Origin: an uncultured candidate division Zixibacteria bacterium | GTDB taxonomy: Bacteria; Zixibacteria; MSB-5A5; RBG-16-43-9 | DNA: 64,000 nucleotides | NCBI GenBank assembly: GCA_963713865.1 | Contig: OY970208.1 | Span: 512,001 to 576,000, forward strand | Direction of reading: 5' to 3' | Shown: positions 38,444 to 49,028 of the stretch, piece by piece | How the letters are laid out: every line of letters starts with the position of its first letter | Position numbering within the stretch: position 1 is the stretch's first letter | The notes under the pieces: model-generated | Databases searched by the model: none | Seen by the model: only the letters and a program-made list of their open reading frames with translations | What the model was told of the DNA's origin: nothing | Translations under genes and position numbers: made by a program

Positions 38444-39817
38444 ATGATAACTGACTTTCTGTTAATAACAGTGATTTCTTTGTTTGTCTTTCTTTGGGTA
38501 GGTAAGAGCTTTAAAAGAGTAGTTCTCTTTCTGGCATTTTTTATGCCTTTTGAGGAGTTCATCCTGAAATTTATTCCAGTCTCAGATGAGCTATATTCTC
38601 TTTTGAGATATGGAAGTGAGGTTTTATTACTTATAACCCTTGTAGCTTTGATTATTAATAAAATAATCCAGAAAAAGCCATTTGTTAAAACTGTAGCGGA
38701 TATTCCGGTTTTGACATTTGCAGGAATTGCCTTCCTATCCGGAATCTTGAATCAAACCCCTCTATTAGAAATTGTGCTATTTTTAAGAATAGTACTACGA
38801 TACTATGCTTTGTATTTCCTTTTGGTAAATATTGAGCTGGATGAAAAATTTACCAAAAAACTTATATATGGACTCGTGACCATAGCTTCTCTTCAATTCT
38901 TTATAGGATTAGCCCAGGTTTTAATTGGTGGGGCTGTGAATGACCTACTCATGCCCAAACCTTCAACTCTTATAGTTGGGAGTTACTCTAAAGAGTGGGT
39001 ACTTCTTCAGGGTTTCAGGGAAAAGGGATATTTATTCTTTGGCACTTTTGGTGATACGGTAAATCTTGGTCTTTTTATCTTTGTAATTTTTGTGATGATG
39101 TTGGGGGTTTATTTTATCTGGGAAAAACCTATAAAGAGGATGTGGTTATTCTTCCTTTTATCCTTTTTTACCCTTCTTTACACCTATTCTGTCGGTTTAA
39201 TATTTTCCTTATTCGTAAGTTTATTATTTATCACTATAATAAAAAGAAAGTGGACTCTAATGGTAAGCACTTCCCTAATTGTTCTATTATTCTTTCTAAT
39301 ATTGACTTTCTATCCAGCCGAATTTGCAGAGGTAGCTACATCACATTATATGGTTTCACCCTTAAAAAATCTCTCCGCAACCTTTTCAACTACGTTCCTT
39401 GAAAGTATTCAAAAGAATAGAATTTTCACACTTATAGAAGTTCCAAAAGTGATCTTATTTCAATCACCTCTGTTTGGTTTTGGACCGGGCTGGCGCCTAA
39501 TTAAAGATAGAATCTCAAGTTATTGGTTAGGAGATGTATATTGGGCTCAAATGGTTGCCCAGGTGGGTCTAATGGGACTTTTTGCCTTTTTATGGATAAT
39601 TTTAAGATTTTATAAAACCAGTTTCAAGGTTTATAAAAATTCAAATGATTTGCTAAAGAAAGGAATTGCCCTTGGATTTTTAGGAGTAATAGCTGGATTC
39701 TTTTTTTATAACTTCATTTGTGGAACTTTCGAGACTCGACCCTCAGCTCTTTGTTTCTGGTTGTTTGCCGGGCTAATTGGAAACTGGTCAAAATCTATTC
39801 CGGGAAATGAAATATGA
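38444..39817 (+). CDS. Wzy polymerase / O-antigen ligase family protein
   Basis: Polytopic; GTFG..N, PLFGFGPG, AQVGLMG. Confidence 0.7.
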   Translation: MITDFLLITVISLFVFLWVGKSFKRVVLFLAFFMPFEEFILKFIPVSDELYSLLRYGSEVLLLITLVALIINKIIQKKPFVKTVADIPVLTFAGIAFLSGILNQTPLLEIVLFLRIVLRYYALYFLLVNIELDEKFTKKLIYGLVTIASLQFFIGLAQVLIGGAVNDLLMPKPSTLIVGSYSKEWVLLQGFREKGYLFFGTFGDTVNLGLFIFVIFVMMLGVYFIWEKPIKRMWLFFLLSFFTLLYTYSVGLIFSLFVSLLFITIIKRKWTLMVSTSLIVLLFFLILTFYPAEFAEVATSHYMVSPLKNLSATFSTTFLESIQKNRIFTLIEVPKVILFQSPLFGFGPGWRLIKDRISSYWLGDVYWAQMVAQVGLMGLFAFLWIILRFYKTSFKVYKNSNDLLKKGIALGFLGVIAGFFFYNFICGTFETRPSALCFWLFAGLIGNWSKSIPGNEI

Positions 39818-40890
39818 AAAAGATATTAATGGTAGTTGGTTGCAAAGTTCAGAGTTTAAAAGAGGATGACAAAAGTAAGCATCCGGCTGACATTTTGTTG
39901 CCAAACCAGAGATACTGGTTTTTCAAATACTGGTCCGGAGACAATTTGAAGATAGAGGTTATAGGTTATAAAAGAATCCCTTTTTTGAGCAAAATCGAGA
40001 AAAAGATTTTACATTTTCATCTTTTTCAATCCTTAAGGATTTTGCCAAAGATGAAAAAATATGACCTTGTGATTTTCTTTCATTCGCAGATAGGGATAAT
40101 CCCGGCTTTATTTAAGAGCATCTTTAAAATAAAGACTCCTCTGGTGTTGATAGATGTGGAGGGTTTAGGCAGAAAAAACAAGGGGTATATGTTGCCCTTT
40201 ATTAGAAAAGCCCTACGGGGAATAGACCAGCTTTTCTATTTAGCTTCAATTCAAAAAGAAGACTATCAGAGATATTTGCCTGAAATCATCAACAAAAGCG
40301 ATTTTCTCCCTCTGGGAATAGACCTGACCAGATTTTCATCTAACAGAGCAAAAGAAGATGATTATATCGTCTCCATAGGATATCAAGGTCCTGATTTCAG
40401 AGACTGGAAAACCTTGATAAAAGCTTATGGACAGTTGAAGACCAAGACAAAGCTCTTAATTGTAGGAAGAGAGAAGTTTAAACCAGAGGAAGTTGATTAT
40501 GAGAAAATCCCTTTAGGGGTAGAATTTGTTGGGAAAACAGACCTTTTGACTTTGAATGAAATCACTTCAAAAGCCAAATTCGTGGTATTGCCACTTCCTG
40601 AGAGGAGACATGCTTTTGGGCAGATGACACTTTTAGGATGTATGGCAATGGGGAAAGCGGTGATTGTAAGCCGGGTGCCAGGGATTATTGATTATGTCAA
40701 AGCTAATGAAAATGTTTTGTTAGTGGAACCAAGCAACATTTTAGATTTGAAGAGCAAAATGGAATACTTGTTAGCTGAACCTGAAAAGAAGAAGGTCCTT
40801 GAGACAAAAGCCAGAGAAACGATTGAAAAAGAGTTTAACGAGATTAAAATGGCGAAAGGGATTTATGAAGCAGTTTCTAAAATTATTTGA
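39814..40890 (+). CDS. GT4 glycosyltransferase
   Basis: RDWKTLI, VVLPL, GQMTLLGCMAMGKAVIVS. Confidence 0.85.
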   Translation: MKKILMVVGCKVQSLKEDDKSKHPADILLPNQRYWFFKYWSGDNLKIEVIGYKRIPFLSKIEKKILHFHLFQSLRILPKMKKYDLVIFFHSQIGIIPALFKSIFKIKTPLVLIDVEGLGRKNKGYMLPFIRKALRGIDQLFYLASIQKEDYQRYLPEIINKSDFLPLGIDLTRFSSNRAKEDDYIVSIGYQGPDFRDWKTLIKAYGQLKTKTKLLIVGREKFKPEEVDYEKIPLGVEFVGKTDLLTLNEITSKAKFVVLPLPERRHAFGQMTLLGCMAMGKAVIVSRVPGIIDYVKANENVLLVEPSNILDLKSKMEYLLAEPEKKKVLETKARETIEKEFNEIKMAKGIYEAVSKII

Positions 40891-40902
40891 AGATATTAGA
40901 GA

Positions 40903-41673
40903 ATGCAAAAAAAACAAGGGGTAGGAATGGATCAAGAGTTCTTAAAACAATTAGATGAAATTCAATTATCCAGATGTCTTCCTTTTTTGAGAAAATACTA
41001 TCAAAAATTGAGAGGACAATTCAAAGATTTCCAGGAGTTGGTGAGTTATAATCTCCATCCCGAACTCAAAGTTTTAGATGCTGGCTGTGGAGATGGTCAA
41101 TGGGGTGATATTTCTCAACTAATCCACTCTCATCCATTTGTGGTGGGCATAGATGAAAGTGAAGAATCTTTGAAGAAGAATACCACTATAAAGCGATTGT
41201 TTAAAGGGGATCTACATCAGCTTCCTTTTGGTCCTTCTGAGTTTGATCTGGTGATCTGTCGTTCAGTCTTTGAGCATTTAGAAAATCCTCAAAAGGTTAT
41301 TGCGGAATTCAAGAGAGTACTAAGTGACCACGGTCGGGTGATCATCTCTACTCAGAACCGATATAATCCCATAATGTTTTTAAGTTCGATATTGCCGGCC
41401 TGGTTAAGAAAAATTTTAAAACTGTTTATTATTAGTCAGGGTTGTGATGAGGGGACTTATAAGACTTTTTACCGCTGCAATACCAAATCAAAATTTCACC
41501 AACTTTTCCACGGAAACGGTTTTAAAGAAATTAAGTTTGTAAGACTTGGACAATGTCCGGACTACTGGAAGAATTCAGCGTTTCTTAATTTCTTTTTAAT
41601 TTTTGAAAAGCTGACTGATTGGAAAAGGCTCAATTTTTTGAAAGCACATATAGTAGCGGTGTACGAAAAATAA
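40903..41673 (+). CDS. Class I SAM-dependent methyltransferase
   Basis: VLDAGCGDG, GDLHQLPF, FDLV, FEHL. Confidence 0.88.
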   Translation: MQKKQGVGMDQEFLKQLDEIQLSRCLPFLRKYYQKLRGQFKDFQELVSYNLHPELKVLDAGCGDGQWGDISQLIHSHPFVVGIDESEESLKKNTTIKRLFKGDLHQLPFGPSEFDLVICRSVFEHLENPQKVIAEFKRVLSDHGRVIISTQNRYNPIMFLSSILPAWLRKILKLFIISQGCDEGTYKTFYRCNTKSKFHQLFHGNGFKEIKFVRLGQCPDYWKNSAFLNFFLIFEKLTDWKRLNFLKAHIVAVYEK

Positions 41674-41688
41674 AAGGAATTAGAAGGA

Positions 41689-42911
41689 ATGCAAACAGGT
41701 ACAAGTTGTGAAAAAGGGTGTTTTAAAAATGTTTTGCTGCTCGGGTTCGGATTTTATCTCCATAGAAATAGTGGGGATAAGAATTTCTGGCTGGGACTTT
41801 CCAGGGAGTTGTCTTTTATGCTGGATAAAATAGTTATAGTTTCAGCTAATTCCTCGCCAACTAAATTTGAGCAGGAAGGGAATATTTACCAGTATAATTT
41901 TCAGTCCTCATTTCACCGAAAGAAAGCTGGTGGAAAGGATGAAAGATTTCAATTCTTGAAGAATTCTCCTCCTTGGAGGGCTGTACAAAGATCTGCTACT
42001 TTGCTAAAGTTAATTCCTTTCTTGAAAAAGTTAGTTAAACATCACAATATCCAGGTAATTCATCTGATGGACAATTTTGGATTTTTGACCGGATTGGTTA
42101 AACTGTTTTTTCCTAAACTGAAAGTCTATGCCACTGCTATCACATATAATATCCATAGTTTCCCTGCTAAGCCTTATTCTTTTTATCAAAAGATAGTTTT
42201 TGGAAATCTGGATAAGGTGGTGGTCAGTTCAAACGCTTATAAGCAGAAATTAATCGAGCATAACTTTTCAAGAGAAAAGCTTAAAGTCATCCGGTGGGGA
42301 ATTCCTGTTTCAAATGGAGAAGAGAGGATGCCAGAGAATGGAAAAGCTTATCGTTCTAAAAAAGTGATCTTATGGACAGGCTTTACCCAACAGGTAAAGG
42401 AAAAAAGTTTTTATCTCTCCTTATCCCTGGCAAAAAATATACTAAAGAAAAACCCATTTGTTGATTTCATTTTCGCCTTTAAGCCGGAATGTTTTGACAA
42501 AAAGTATGAATATTTCAGGGGTGAGCATATCCAGGTTTTAACTACAAAACCTGAAGATTTCAAAAATCTTTTACCGAAGGTTGACCTTCTACTTGCCCCG
42601 ATTGATAACTATAGCTCAACTGTAGCTCCTCCTCTGACCTGGATAGAGTGCATGAGCTTGGGAATACCAGTTATAAGCACACCGGTACCGGAGTAGATGA
42701 GATTCTTATCCACAACCAGACCGGTTTTGTGGCTAAATCTAAACAGGAGTTAGAGGAGCTAATAGAAAGGGTCTTAGAAGAAAGAGATTTGCTGACAAAA
42801 GTATCAACCAGAGCAAAAGAATGGGTCAGAGAAAATTATAATTTGAAAGATATCGCTGGGGATTACCTGAAATTATGGAGGGAAGATGGTAGAGCTATCT
42901 TATCCAGCTAA
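41689..42911 (+). CDS. GT4 glycosyltransferase; 1-nt deletion near 42690, likely an error
   Basis: IECMSLGIPVISTPVP continues as GVDEILIHNQTGF in the next frame. Confidence 0.78.
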
Positions 42912-43533
42912 AACTGCCTATCAGTCTGAAGAATCGGCTGAAACCTACGACAGGATTAGATTTGATAGTTTTAAAGGGAAACTGGCAGATAGAAGGGAGA
43001 AAAAGATAATAGGAAAGTTTCTCAAAGACCTTCCTAAAGGTAGCCTGGTTTTGGATTTGGCTTGTGGAACCGGAAGAATCGCTGAGTTTTTATTATCTCA
43101 AGGTCATAGAGTCTGGGGAGTAGATATCTCAAAAGAAATGCTGAAAGTTGCAGAAGAAAAACTTAGCTCCTTTGGAAAATCAGTTAATTTCTACCAGGCA
43201 GAAGCAGAGAATCTGCCTTTTGAAAAAAAGTTATTTGATAGTGCTACCTGTATCAAGCTTTTGGGACACATCCCACCTGAAACCAGGATTAAAATCCTTC
43301 AGGAGTTAAAAAGGGTTACTAAAGGTTCTCTTGTTGTGGCTTATTACCTCTCTGGACCGATTGCGAATGCCAAAAGGAAAATCAGGAAATTCATTACAGG
43401 TAATAAAGCTCCCTGGTATCCAATTAGCAGAAAGTGTTTAAAAGAAGAGATAACTTTAGCTAATCTGAGAATTCTTAAAGAAAAACCGGTATTAGCATTT
43501 GTTTCTGAAACCTTGATTCTTTTGTTAGATTGA
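42886..43533 (+). CDS. Class I SAM-dependent methyltransferase
   Basis: VLDLACGTGR, GVDISKEML, AENLPF. Confidence 0.88.
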   Translation: MVELSYPAKTAYQSEESAETYDRIRFDSFKGKLADRREKKIIGKFLKDLPKGSLVLDLACGTGRIAEFLLSQGHRVWGVDISKEMLKVAEEKLSSFGKSVNFYQAEAENLPFEKKLFDSATCIKLLGHIPPETRIKILQELKRVTKGSLVVAYYLSGPIANAKRKIRKFITGNKAPWYPISRKCLKEEITLANLRILKEKPVLAFVSETLILLLD

Positions 43534-43579
43534 AGTTAAGAGGTTATACAGTAGAGTAGTGTCAAGAAAGAAGTAAATT

Positions 43580-44839
43580 ATGGTTCATTATTTCGATAAC
43601 AAAAAAGAAATCGTGTTATGCCTTTTGATGATTTTCTTTCTTGCTTTTGCTTTAAGATTTATTTGGGTTTCAAAGCTGGGGTCTAAATTTTATTGGTCAG
43701 ATGAATATGAATATAACAAAATTGCCACTAACCTATTGGAAGGGAAAGGATATTCCTTGGATGGGGTCAAACCAACCGCCTATAGACCACCTGGACAATC
43801 AATTTTTCTGGCGCTTTTATATTTTACCTTCGGTCATAACCTTTTCTTAGTAAGGATCTTCCAAAGCATAATGGGGTCTTTAGCCTGCTTCTTAGTATAT
43901 TTAATCTGTTCCAAACTTAGTTTTAGCTCATCCGCTTCACTCCTATCTAGTTTATTAGCTGCTCTTTATCCATATTATATCTATGCGGCCGGGAGTTTAT
44001 ATCCTATAATTCTTTTGACCCTCCTACTCCTTTTGGCCTCACTTTTCTTAATTGATGCTTATGGTCGATATAAAAATCTCAGCTTAATAAGTGCAGGTAT
44101 TTGTTTAGGCTTAGGAACGTTAACAACTCCCCACTTATTTATATTATTTCTCTATGTTCCATTTTGGTTGATATTGAACCCAAGAATATCCACATTGAAG
44201 AAAAAGTTGGCTTATTTCTCAATAATTTCGATAACCTTTATTTTAACAGTATCACCCTGGCTTGGACGGAATTACTATGTCTTTCACAAAATCACTTTTT
44301 CAACTAATGGCGGTTATAATTTTTGGTTAGGCAACAACCAAGAAGCTACTCCAACCAGTGGAAATAAAGTCTCAGTACCAGCAGAACTAAATAAAAAATT
44401 AGGTTTAGCTATCAGTGAAGTAGAAAAAGAAGAAATTTTCGTAAAAGAAGCTTTAGGTTTTATTAAAGAGCATCCGATAAGATTTGCTTATCTCAGTCTG
44501 GGCAAGGCTTTAAATTTCTTTAGCTTTTATCCGGAGACCGCTACTCAAAATGAACATACTTCTTATAAATTCAAGATTATTTCAATTCTATCCTACAGTC
44601 CAATTCTGATTTTTGGAATATTGGGAATGTTTGTCCTTCGGAGACGTTGGAAAGAACTATCGATTTTCTTATGGTATCTTATCTCTTTTGTGTTGCTTTG
44701 CAGTTTTTCTATTTCTAAGATCAGATTTCGTTTACCCTTAGATGTTTATTTAATAATTTTTAGTAGCTACTTTATTGTTCTCTTGATGGAAAAGACTTTT
44801 GTTAGATTTCATATAGCAACGATAAAAAGCGAGTATTGA
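43580..44839 (+). CDS. ArnT/PMT-like GT-C membrane glycosyltransferase
   Basis: WSDEYEY, PTAYRPPG, PWLGRNY, GYNFWLGNN, RFRLP. Confidence 0.8.
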   Translation: MVHYFDNKKEIVLCLLMIFFLAFALRFIWVSKLGSKFYWSDEYEYNKIATNLLEGKGYSLDGVKPTAYRPPGQSIFLALLYFTFGHNLFLVRIFQSIMGSLACFLVYLICSKLSFSSSASLLSSLLAALYPYYIYAAGSLYPIILLTLLLLLASLFLIDAYGRYKNLSLISAGICLGLGTLTTPHLFILFLYVPFWLILNPRISTLKKKLAYFSIISITFILTVSPWLGRNYYVFHKITFSTNGGYNFWLGNNQEATPTSGNKVSVPAELNKKLGLAISEVEKEEIFVKEALGFIKEHPIRFAYLSLGKALNFFSFYPETATQNEHTSYKFKIISILSYSPILIFGILGMFVLRRRWKELSIFLWYLISFVLLCSFSISKIRFRLPLDVYLIIFSSYFIVLLMEKTFVRFHIATIKSEY

Positions 44840-44889
44840 AATATGTTTCTGAGACATCGATTCTTTTATTGAATTGAGGTAAACTATTT

Positions 44890-44934
44890 ATGAAGATTTT
44901 ATTTGTAAACAGATACTATCGAGGCTATAAATGA
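44890..44934 (+). CDS. 14-aa mini-ORF MKILFVNRYYRGYK coupled to the downstream MTase
   Basis: GAGGT RBS; stop overlaps the ATG (ATGA); second copy at 46686. Confidence 0.45.
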   Translation: MKILFVNRYYRGYK

Positions 44935-46670
44935 ATACGGTAATAACTGAGCAAAAGCCAAAAACTGAGTTAGAATATACCAATTGTGATTTCTGCGGTG
45001 AGGACAAAACCAGCCTCTTTCTGGAAGCAATGTCTGAGGATACCCCGGAGAAATTTAAGATTGTAAGATGCAATAATTGTGGATTACTCTATCTAAATCC
45101 TAGGCCGGTCAAGGAGATTATTGGAAGATATTACCCTGTAGATAGCTATTATGCTTATCAAGATTTCTCAAACAAAAAATTCAATTATCGGGAATGGTTA
45201 AAGAAAATCTCCTTAGATGGGTATTACAATTCAAAAAATAGTTTTAAAAAACTTCTCTCTCTGCTTTTAGTCAGAAATTTTATGATTGTGGTTCCGAACG
45301 AAAAAAGGGGAAGACTCTTAGACATAGGTTGTGGGAGTGGGGAATTTTTGTACCAGATGAGAAATTTTGGCTGGGATGTCTCTGGAGTAGAGATAAATCA
45401 AGCATCTGCTAATTTGGGAAACAAACAGGGGCTTAATATCTTCTGCGGAGAATTAGGGGGTGCTGATTTCTCAGATAACTTTTTCGATGTAGTGGTCTTA
45501 AACCAGACCTTGGAACATGTTTACTCCCCCGGTTCATATCTGAAAGAAATACATAGAATTCTCAAACCAGAAGGGACTTTAATAATCGCCGTGCCTAATA
45601 TCGGGTGTATGGAGAGCAAAATGTTTAAAGAAAACTGGCACCTTTTAGATGTTCCGACACACCTTTATTTTTTTAATACCACTTCTCTAAGGCGGTATTT
45701 GGAAAAGTATGGATTTGCAGTTGAGGAAGTTCTTTCCAAAAGATTTAGTCTCCCTCTTAACGAAATAAGAGCTGATTTAAAAGCAGTTATTCAAAATGAA
45801 TGTAGAGATAAAAGTTTTTTAAATAAAACACTGATGAGCATTCGAGTAATTTCTCGATTGATCATTGCAAAAAGTTTAAGATTTCTCTTCATTCGAGATA
45901 AGGTTGAGGAATTAGGTGTATATATCTCTTTCTATGTCCGAAAACCGAGAATAAGAAATGTAATTCCTTGCACGAGGGAACTCTCAACTCAAAAAGACAG
46001 GGGGCTAAATAGCATGAATAACTTTATGCTGAAGACTAATAAAAGAAGAATACTCAGGTACAGCAAACGGTATAAGATAGTTCAAAAGTATTGTTTCGGC
46101 AAAACAGTTTTAGACCTGGGTTGTGTTGATCACTCCGCTGAGGCGGAAGAGAACTTCAATGACTGGCTTCATAAAGGAATAAAGGATGTGGCTAAAGAAG
46201 TGGTAGGGCTGGACAATGCCGAGAAAGAAGTAAAGCTTCTAAATCAACGAGGATATGACATCTTAGCGGGAGACGTGGAGAACTTCAATTTAGGTAGACG
46301 TTTTGAGGTAGTTGTTTGTGGAGAATTGATTGAACATGTCAACAACCCGGGGCTAGTTCTACAAAATATCAAGAAGCACCTACTAAAAGAAGGTACTCTT
46401 ATTGTTACAACCCCGAATTCTGAATCGATGTTGTGGGTTCTGTATAACCTGGTTTATGGAAGAGTGCCCTGTAATCCAACCCATGTTTTTTGGTATAATT
46501 ACCAAACCCTTACAGAACTTTGTAGAAGATACGATTTCGAGGTTGTAACCACCTATTACGAAGTAGGTAATCCTAATAACAGGGTGCTGTACAACATTGA
46601 GCGATGTATGCGTTCCATCAGGAAGAATTGGGCTCACGAACTGATTGTGATATTTAAGAACAAACATTGA
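44931..46670 (+). CDS. Zn-ribbon methyltransferase fused to a second methyltransferase domain
   Basis: CDFC..CNNCGLLYLNPRP, LLDIGCGSG, LEH; second domain VLDLGC, GELIEH. Confidence 0.8.
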   Translation: MNTVITEQKPKTELEYTNCDFCGEDKTSLFLEAMSEDTPEKFKIVRCNNCGLLYLNPRPVKEIIGRYYPVDSYYAYQDFSNKKFNYREWLKKISLDGYYNSKNSFKKLLSLLLVRNFMIVVPNEKRGRLLDIGCGSGEFLYQMRNFGWDVSGVEINQASANLGNKQGLNIFCGELGGADFSDNFFDVVVLNQTLEHVYSPGSYLKEIHRILKPEGTLIIAVPNIGCMESKMFKENWHLLDVPTHLYFFNTTSLRRYLEKYGFAVEEVLSKRFSLPLNEIRADLKAVIQNECRDKSFLNKTLMSIRVISRLIIAKSLRFLFIRDKVEELGVYISFYVRKPRIRNVIPCTRELSTQKDRGLNSMNNFMLKTNKRRILRYSKRYKIVQKYCFGKTVLDLGCVDHSAEAEENFNDWLHKGIKDVAKEVVGLDNAEKEVKLLNQRGYDILAGDVENFNLGRRFEVVVCGELIEHVNNPGLVLQNIKKHLLKEGTLIVTTPNSESMLWVLYNLVYGRVPCNPTHVFWYNYQTLTELCRRYDFEVVTTYYEVGNPNNRVLYNIERCMRSIRKNWAHELIVIFKNKH

Positions 46671-46685
46671 GAATACACACAGAGT

Positions 46686-46730
46686 ATGAAGATTTTATTT
46701 ATAAACAAATACTATCGAGGTAATAAATGA
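46686..46730 (+). CDS. 14-aa mini-ORF MKILFINKYYRGNK coupled to the downstream MTase
   Basis: Paralog of 44890-44934 with the same ATGA overlap. Confidence 0.4.
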   Translation: MKILFINKYYRGNK

Positions 46731-47773
46731 ACACAGCAATAACTGAACAAAAACCAAAAACTGAGTTAGAATATACTAATTGTGATTTCTGTGGAGAGAA
46801 TAGAACTAATATCTTTCTGGAAGCAGAGTCTGAAGTCAATAAAGAGAAATTTACAATAGTCAGATGTGATAACTGTGGATTAATCTATCTTAATCCTAGG
46901 CCAACTAAGGATATCATTGGAAGATATTATCCTGAAGATAGCTATTATTCTTATCAGGATTTCACAGAAAAAAGATTGAATTACCGGGAATGGCTGAAGA
47001 AGATCTCTTTGGAGGGATATTATAATTCAAAAAATATATTTAAAAAACTCATCGCCAAACTTTTAGTTAGAAATTTCCTGGTCGTGATACCCAAAGAAAG
47101 AAAAGGGAGGCTTTTAGACATAGGTTGTGGGAGTGGGGAATTTTTGTACCAGATGAGAAATTTTGGTTGGGATGTCTCAGGAGTGGAGATAAATCGAGCA
47201 TCTTCTAATTTGGGAAACAAACAGGGGCTTAATATTTTCTGTGGCGAATTGGGGGAAGCTGATTTTCCAGATAACTTTTTTAATGTAGTTGTCCTAAGCC
47301 AAACCTTGGAACATGTTTATTCTCCGGGTAATTATCTGAGAGAAATATATAGAATTCTGAAACCTGAAGGAACTTTAATTATTGGAGTGCCAAACATTGG
47401 GTGTATGGAGAGCAAAATATTTAAAGAAAGCTGGCATGCCTTAGAGGTTCCCAAGCACCTTTACTTTTTTACATGTGACACTTTAAGACGTTATCTGGAG
47501 AAATACGGATTTGAAGTGGAGAAAATTCTTTCTAAAAAATTTAGCTTGCCCCTTAAAGGAATAAAGGCTGATCTAAAAGCATTTATTCAAAATAAAGGTA
47601 AAAATAAAAGTTCTTTGAACAAGATCTGGATGAGATTTCTGGTTGTTTTTCATTTAATATTTTTAAAAAGCTTAAGATGTCTCTTCATTCGAGATAAGCT
47701 TGAGGAATTAGGTGTACATATCTCTTTTTATGCTAATAAACCAGTGAACAAAAAGAAAGAAAAAGTCCATTAG
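46727..47773 (+). CDS. Zn-ribbon methyltransferase, paralog of the 44931 N-terminal domain
   Basis: Near-identical stretches (EQKPKTELEYTNCDFCGE, GRLLDIGCGSGEFLYQMRNFGWDVSGVEIN). Confidence 0.85.
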   Translation: MNTAITEQKPKTELEYTNCDFCGENRTNIFLEAESEVNKEKFTIVRCDNCGLIYLNPRPTKDIIGRYYPEDSYYSYQDFTEKRLNYREWLKKISLEGYYNSKNIFKKLIAKLLVRNFLVVIPKERKGRLLDIGCGSGEFLYQMRNFGWDVSGVEINRASSNLGNKQGLNIFCGELGEADFPDNFFNVVVLSQTLEHVYSPGNYLREIYRILKPEGTLIIGVPNIGCMESKIFKESWHALEVPKHLYFFTCDTLRRYLEKYGFEVEKILSKKFSLPLKGIKADLKAFIQNKGKNKSSLNKIWMRFLVVFHLIFLKSLRCLFIRDKLEELGVHISFYANKPVNKKKEKVH

Positions 47774-47780
47774 GGAATTT

Positions 47781-49028
47781 ATGAAAGTCTTGATGTGCAA
47801 TAAATTCTTGTTTGAAGATGGTGGACCAGAGAGATATATCCTGGAGCTCTCCCGGATGTTGGAAAAACATGGGAACCAGGTTGCCTATTTTGCTATGCAA
47901 CACTCTGAGAACATAAAGACTGAGTACTCAAAATATTTTGTCTGCCAAGTCTCCTTAGGGAATCCTAAAGAGGGAAGTTTACTGGAAAAGATGAAGGCCG
48001 GATTAAGGATAATCTATTCTACCGAAGCTAAGAGAAAGATGGAAAAATTAATCTCAGAGCAGAAGCCGGATCTGGCTCATCTGCATAATATCTATCATCA
48101 GATCTCTCCTTCCATTTTACCAGTTTTACATCAGAAGGGGATTCCGGTGGTTATGAGCTTGCATGATTATAAACTTATCTGCCCGAATTATAGACTTATG
48201 ACCCAGGGGAACATCTGTGAAAAATGCAACTCCACTAAATACTATCAGGCAGTTTTCCATAAATGCGTAAAAGATTCTTTCTCTGCCAGTTTGCTAAATT
48301 GTTTGGAGATGTATGTTCACAAGTTTTTAAAGTTCTACGAGAAAAATGTGGACCTCTTTATTTCACCCAGTCTTTTTATGAAGGAAAAGCTTTCTGAATT
48401 TGGATTTGATAAATCCAAAATCGTTTATCTCCCCCCCTGGGTTAAAGAGATCAAATCTACTCCATCTTATACCTATTCTGATTTCATCCTCTATTTCGGA
48501 AAGATAAACAAAGAAAAAGGAGTGGAGATTTTGATTAAGGCAATGGAAAGAATAAAAGAGGAACAATTGTTTATCGTGGGTGAAGGAGAGGAAAAAAACA
48601 GATTGCAAAATTATATTAGTCAAAATGGAATTGATAATGTAAAGTTTATGGGATTTGCAGAAAAAGCAAAATTAAATGAGCTAATCCAAGAATCAAGATT
48701 TGTGGTCTTACCTTCGCAATGGTATGAGAACTCTCCTTCTGTTATCTATGAGTCTTTTTCTCTTGGGAAACCGGTAATTGGTTCACGTATCGGAGGAATC
48801 CCTGAACTAATTGAAGATGGAATAACAGGACTTTTGTTCGAGCCTTCGAATGTGGAAGATTTAGCGGAGAAGATACACTATCTTTATCACCATCCGCTCT
48901 TAGCTCAGAAGATGGGGATTTCTGCCCGGAAAAAGGTTGAAGAAAAATATTCAGAGGAGGGATATTATAAAAAACTTTTAAGGATATATAACGATCTTAT
49001 TGAAAACGGGGGGGAAAGTTATGTTTAA
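47781..49028 (+). CDS. GT4 glycosyltransferase
   Basis: HLHNIYHQISPS, LHDYKLICP, PSQWYEN, GKPVIGSRIGGIPE. Confidence 0.9.
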   Translation: MKVLMCNKFLFEDGGPERYILELSRMLEKHGNQVAYFAMQHSENIKTEYSKYFVCQVSLGNPKEGSLLEKMKAGLRIIYSTEAKRKMEKLISEQKPDLAHLHNIYHQISPSILPVLHQKGIPVVMSLHDYKLICPNYRLMTQGNICEKCNSTKYYQAVFHKCVKDSFSASLLNCLEMYVHKFLKFYEKNVDLFISPSLFMKEKLSEFGFDKSKIVYLPPWVKEIKSTPSYTYSDFILYFGKINKEKGVEILIKAMERIKEEQLFIVGEGEEKNRLQNYISQNGIDNVKFMGFAEKAKLNELIQESRFVVLPSQWYENSPSVIYESFSLGKPVIGSRIGGIPELIEDGITGLLFEPSNVEDLAEKIHYLYHHPLLAQKMGISARKKVEEKYSEEGYYKKLLRIYNDLIENGGESYV

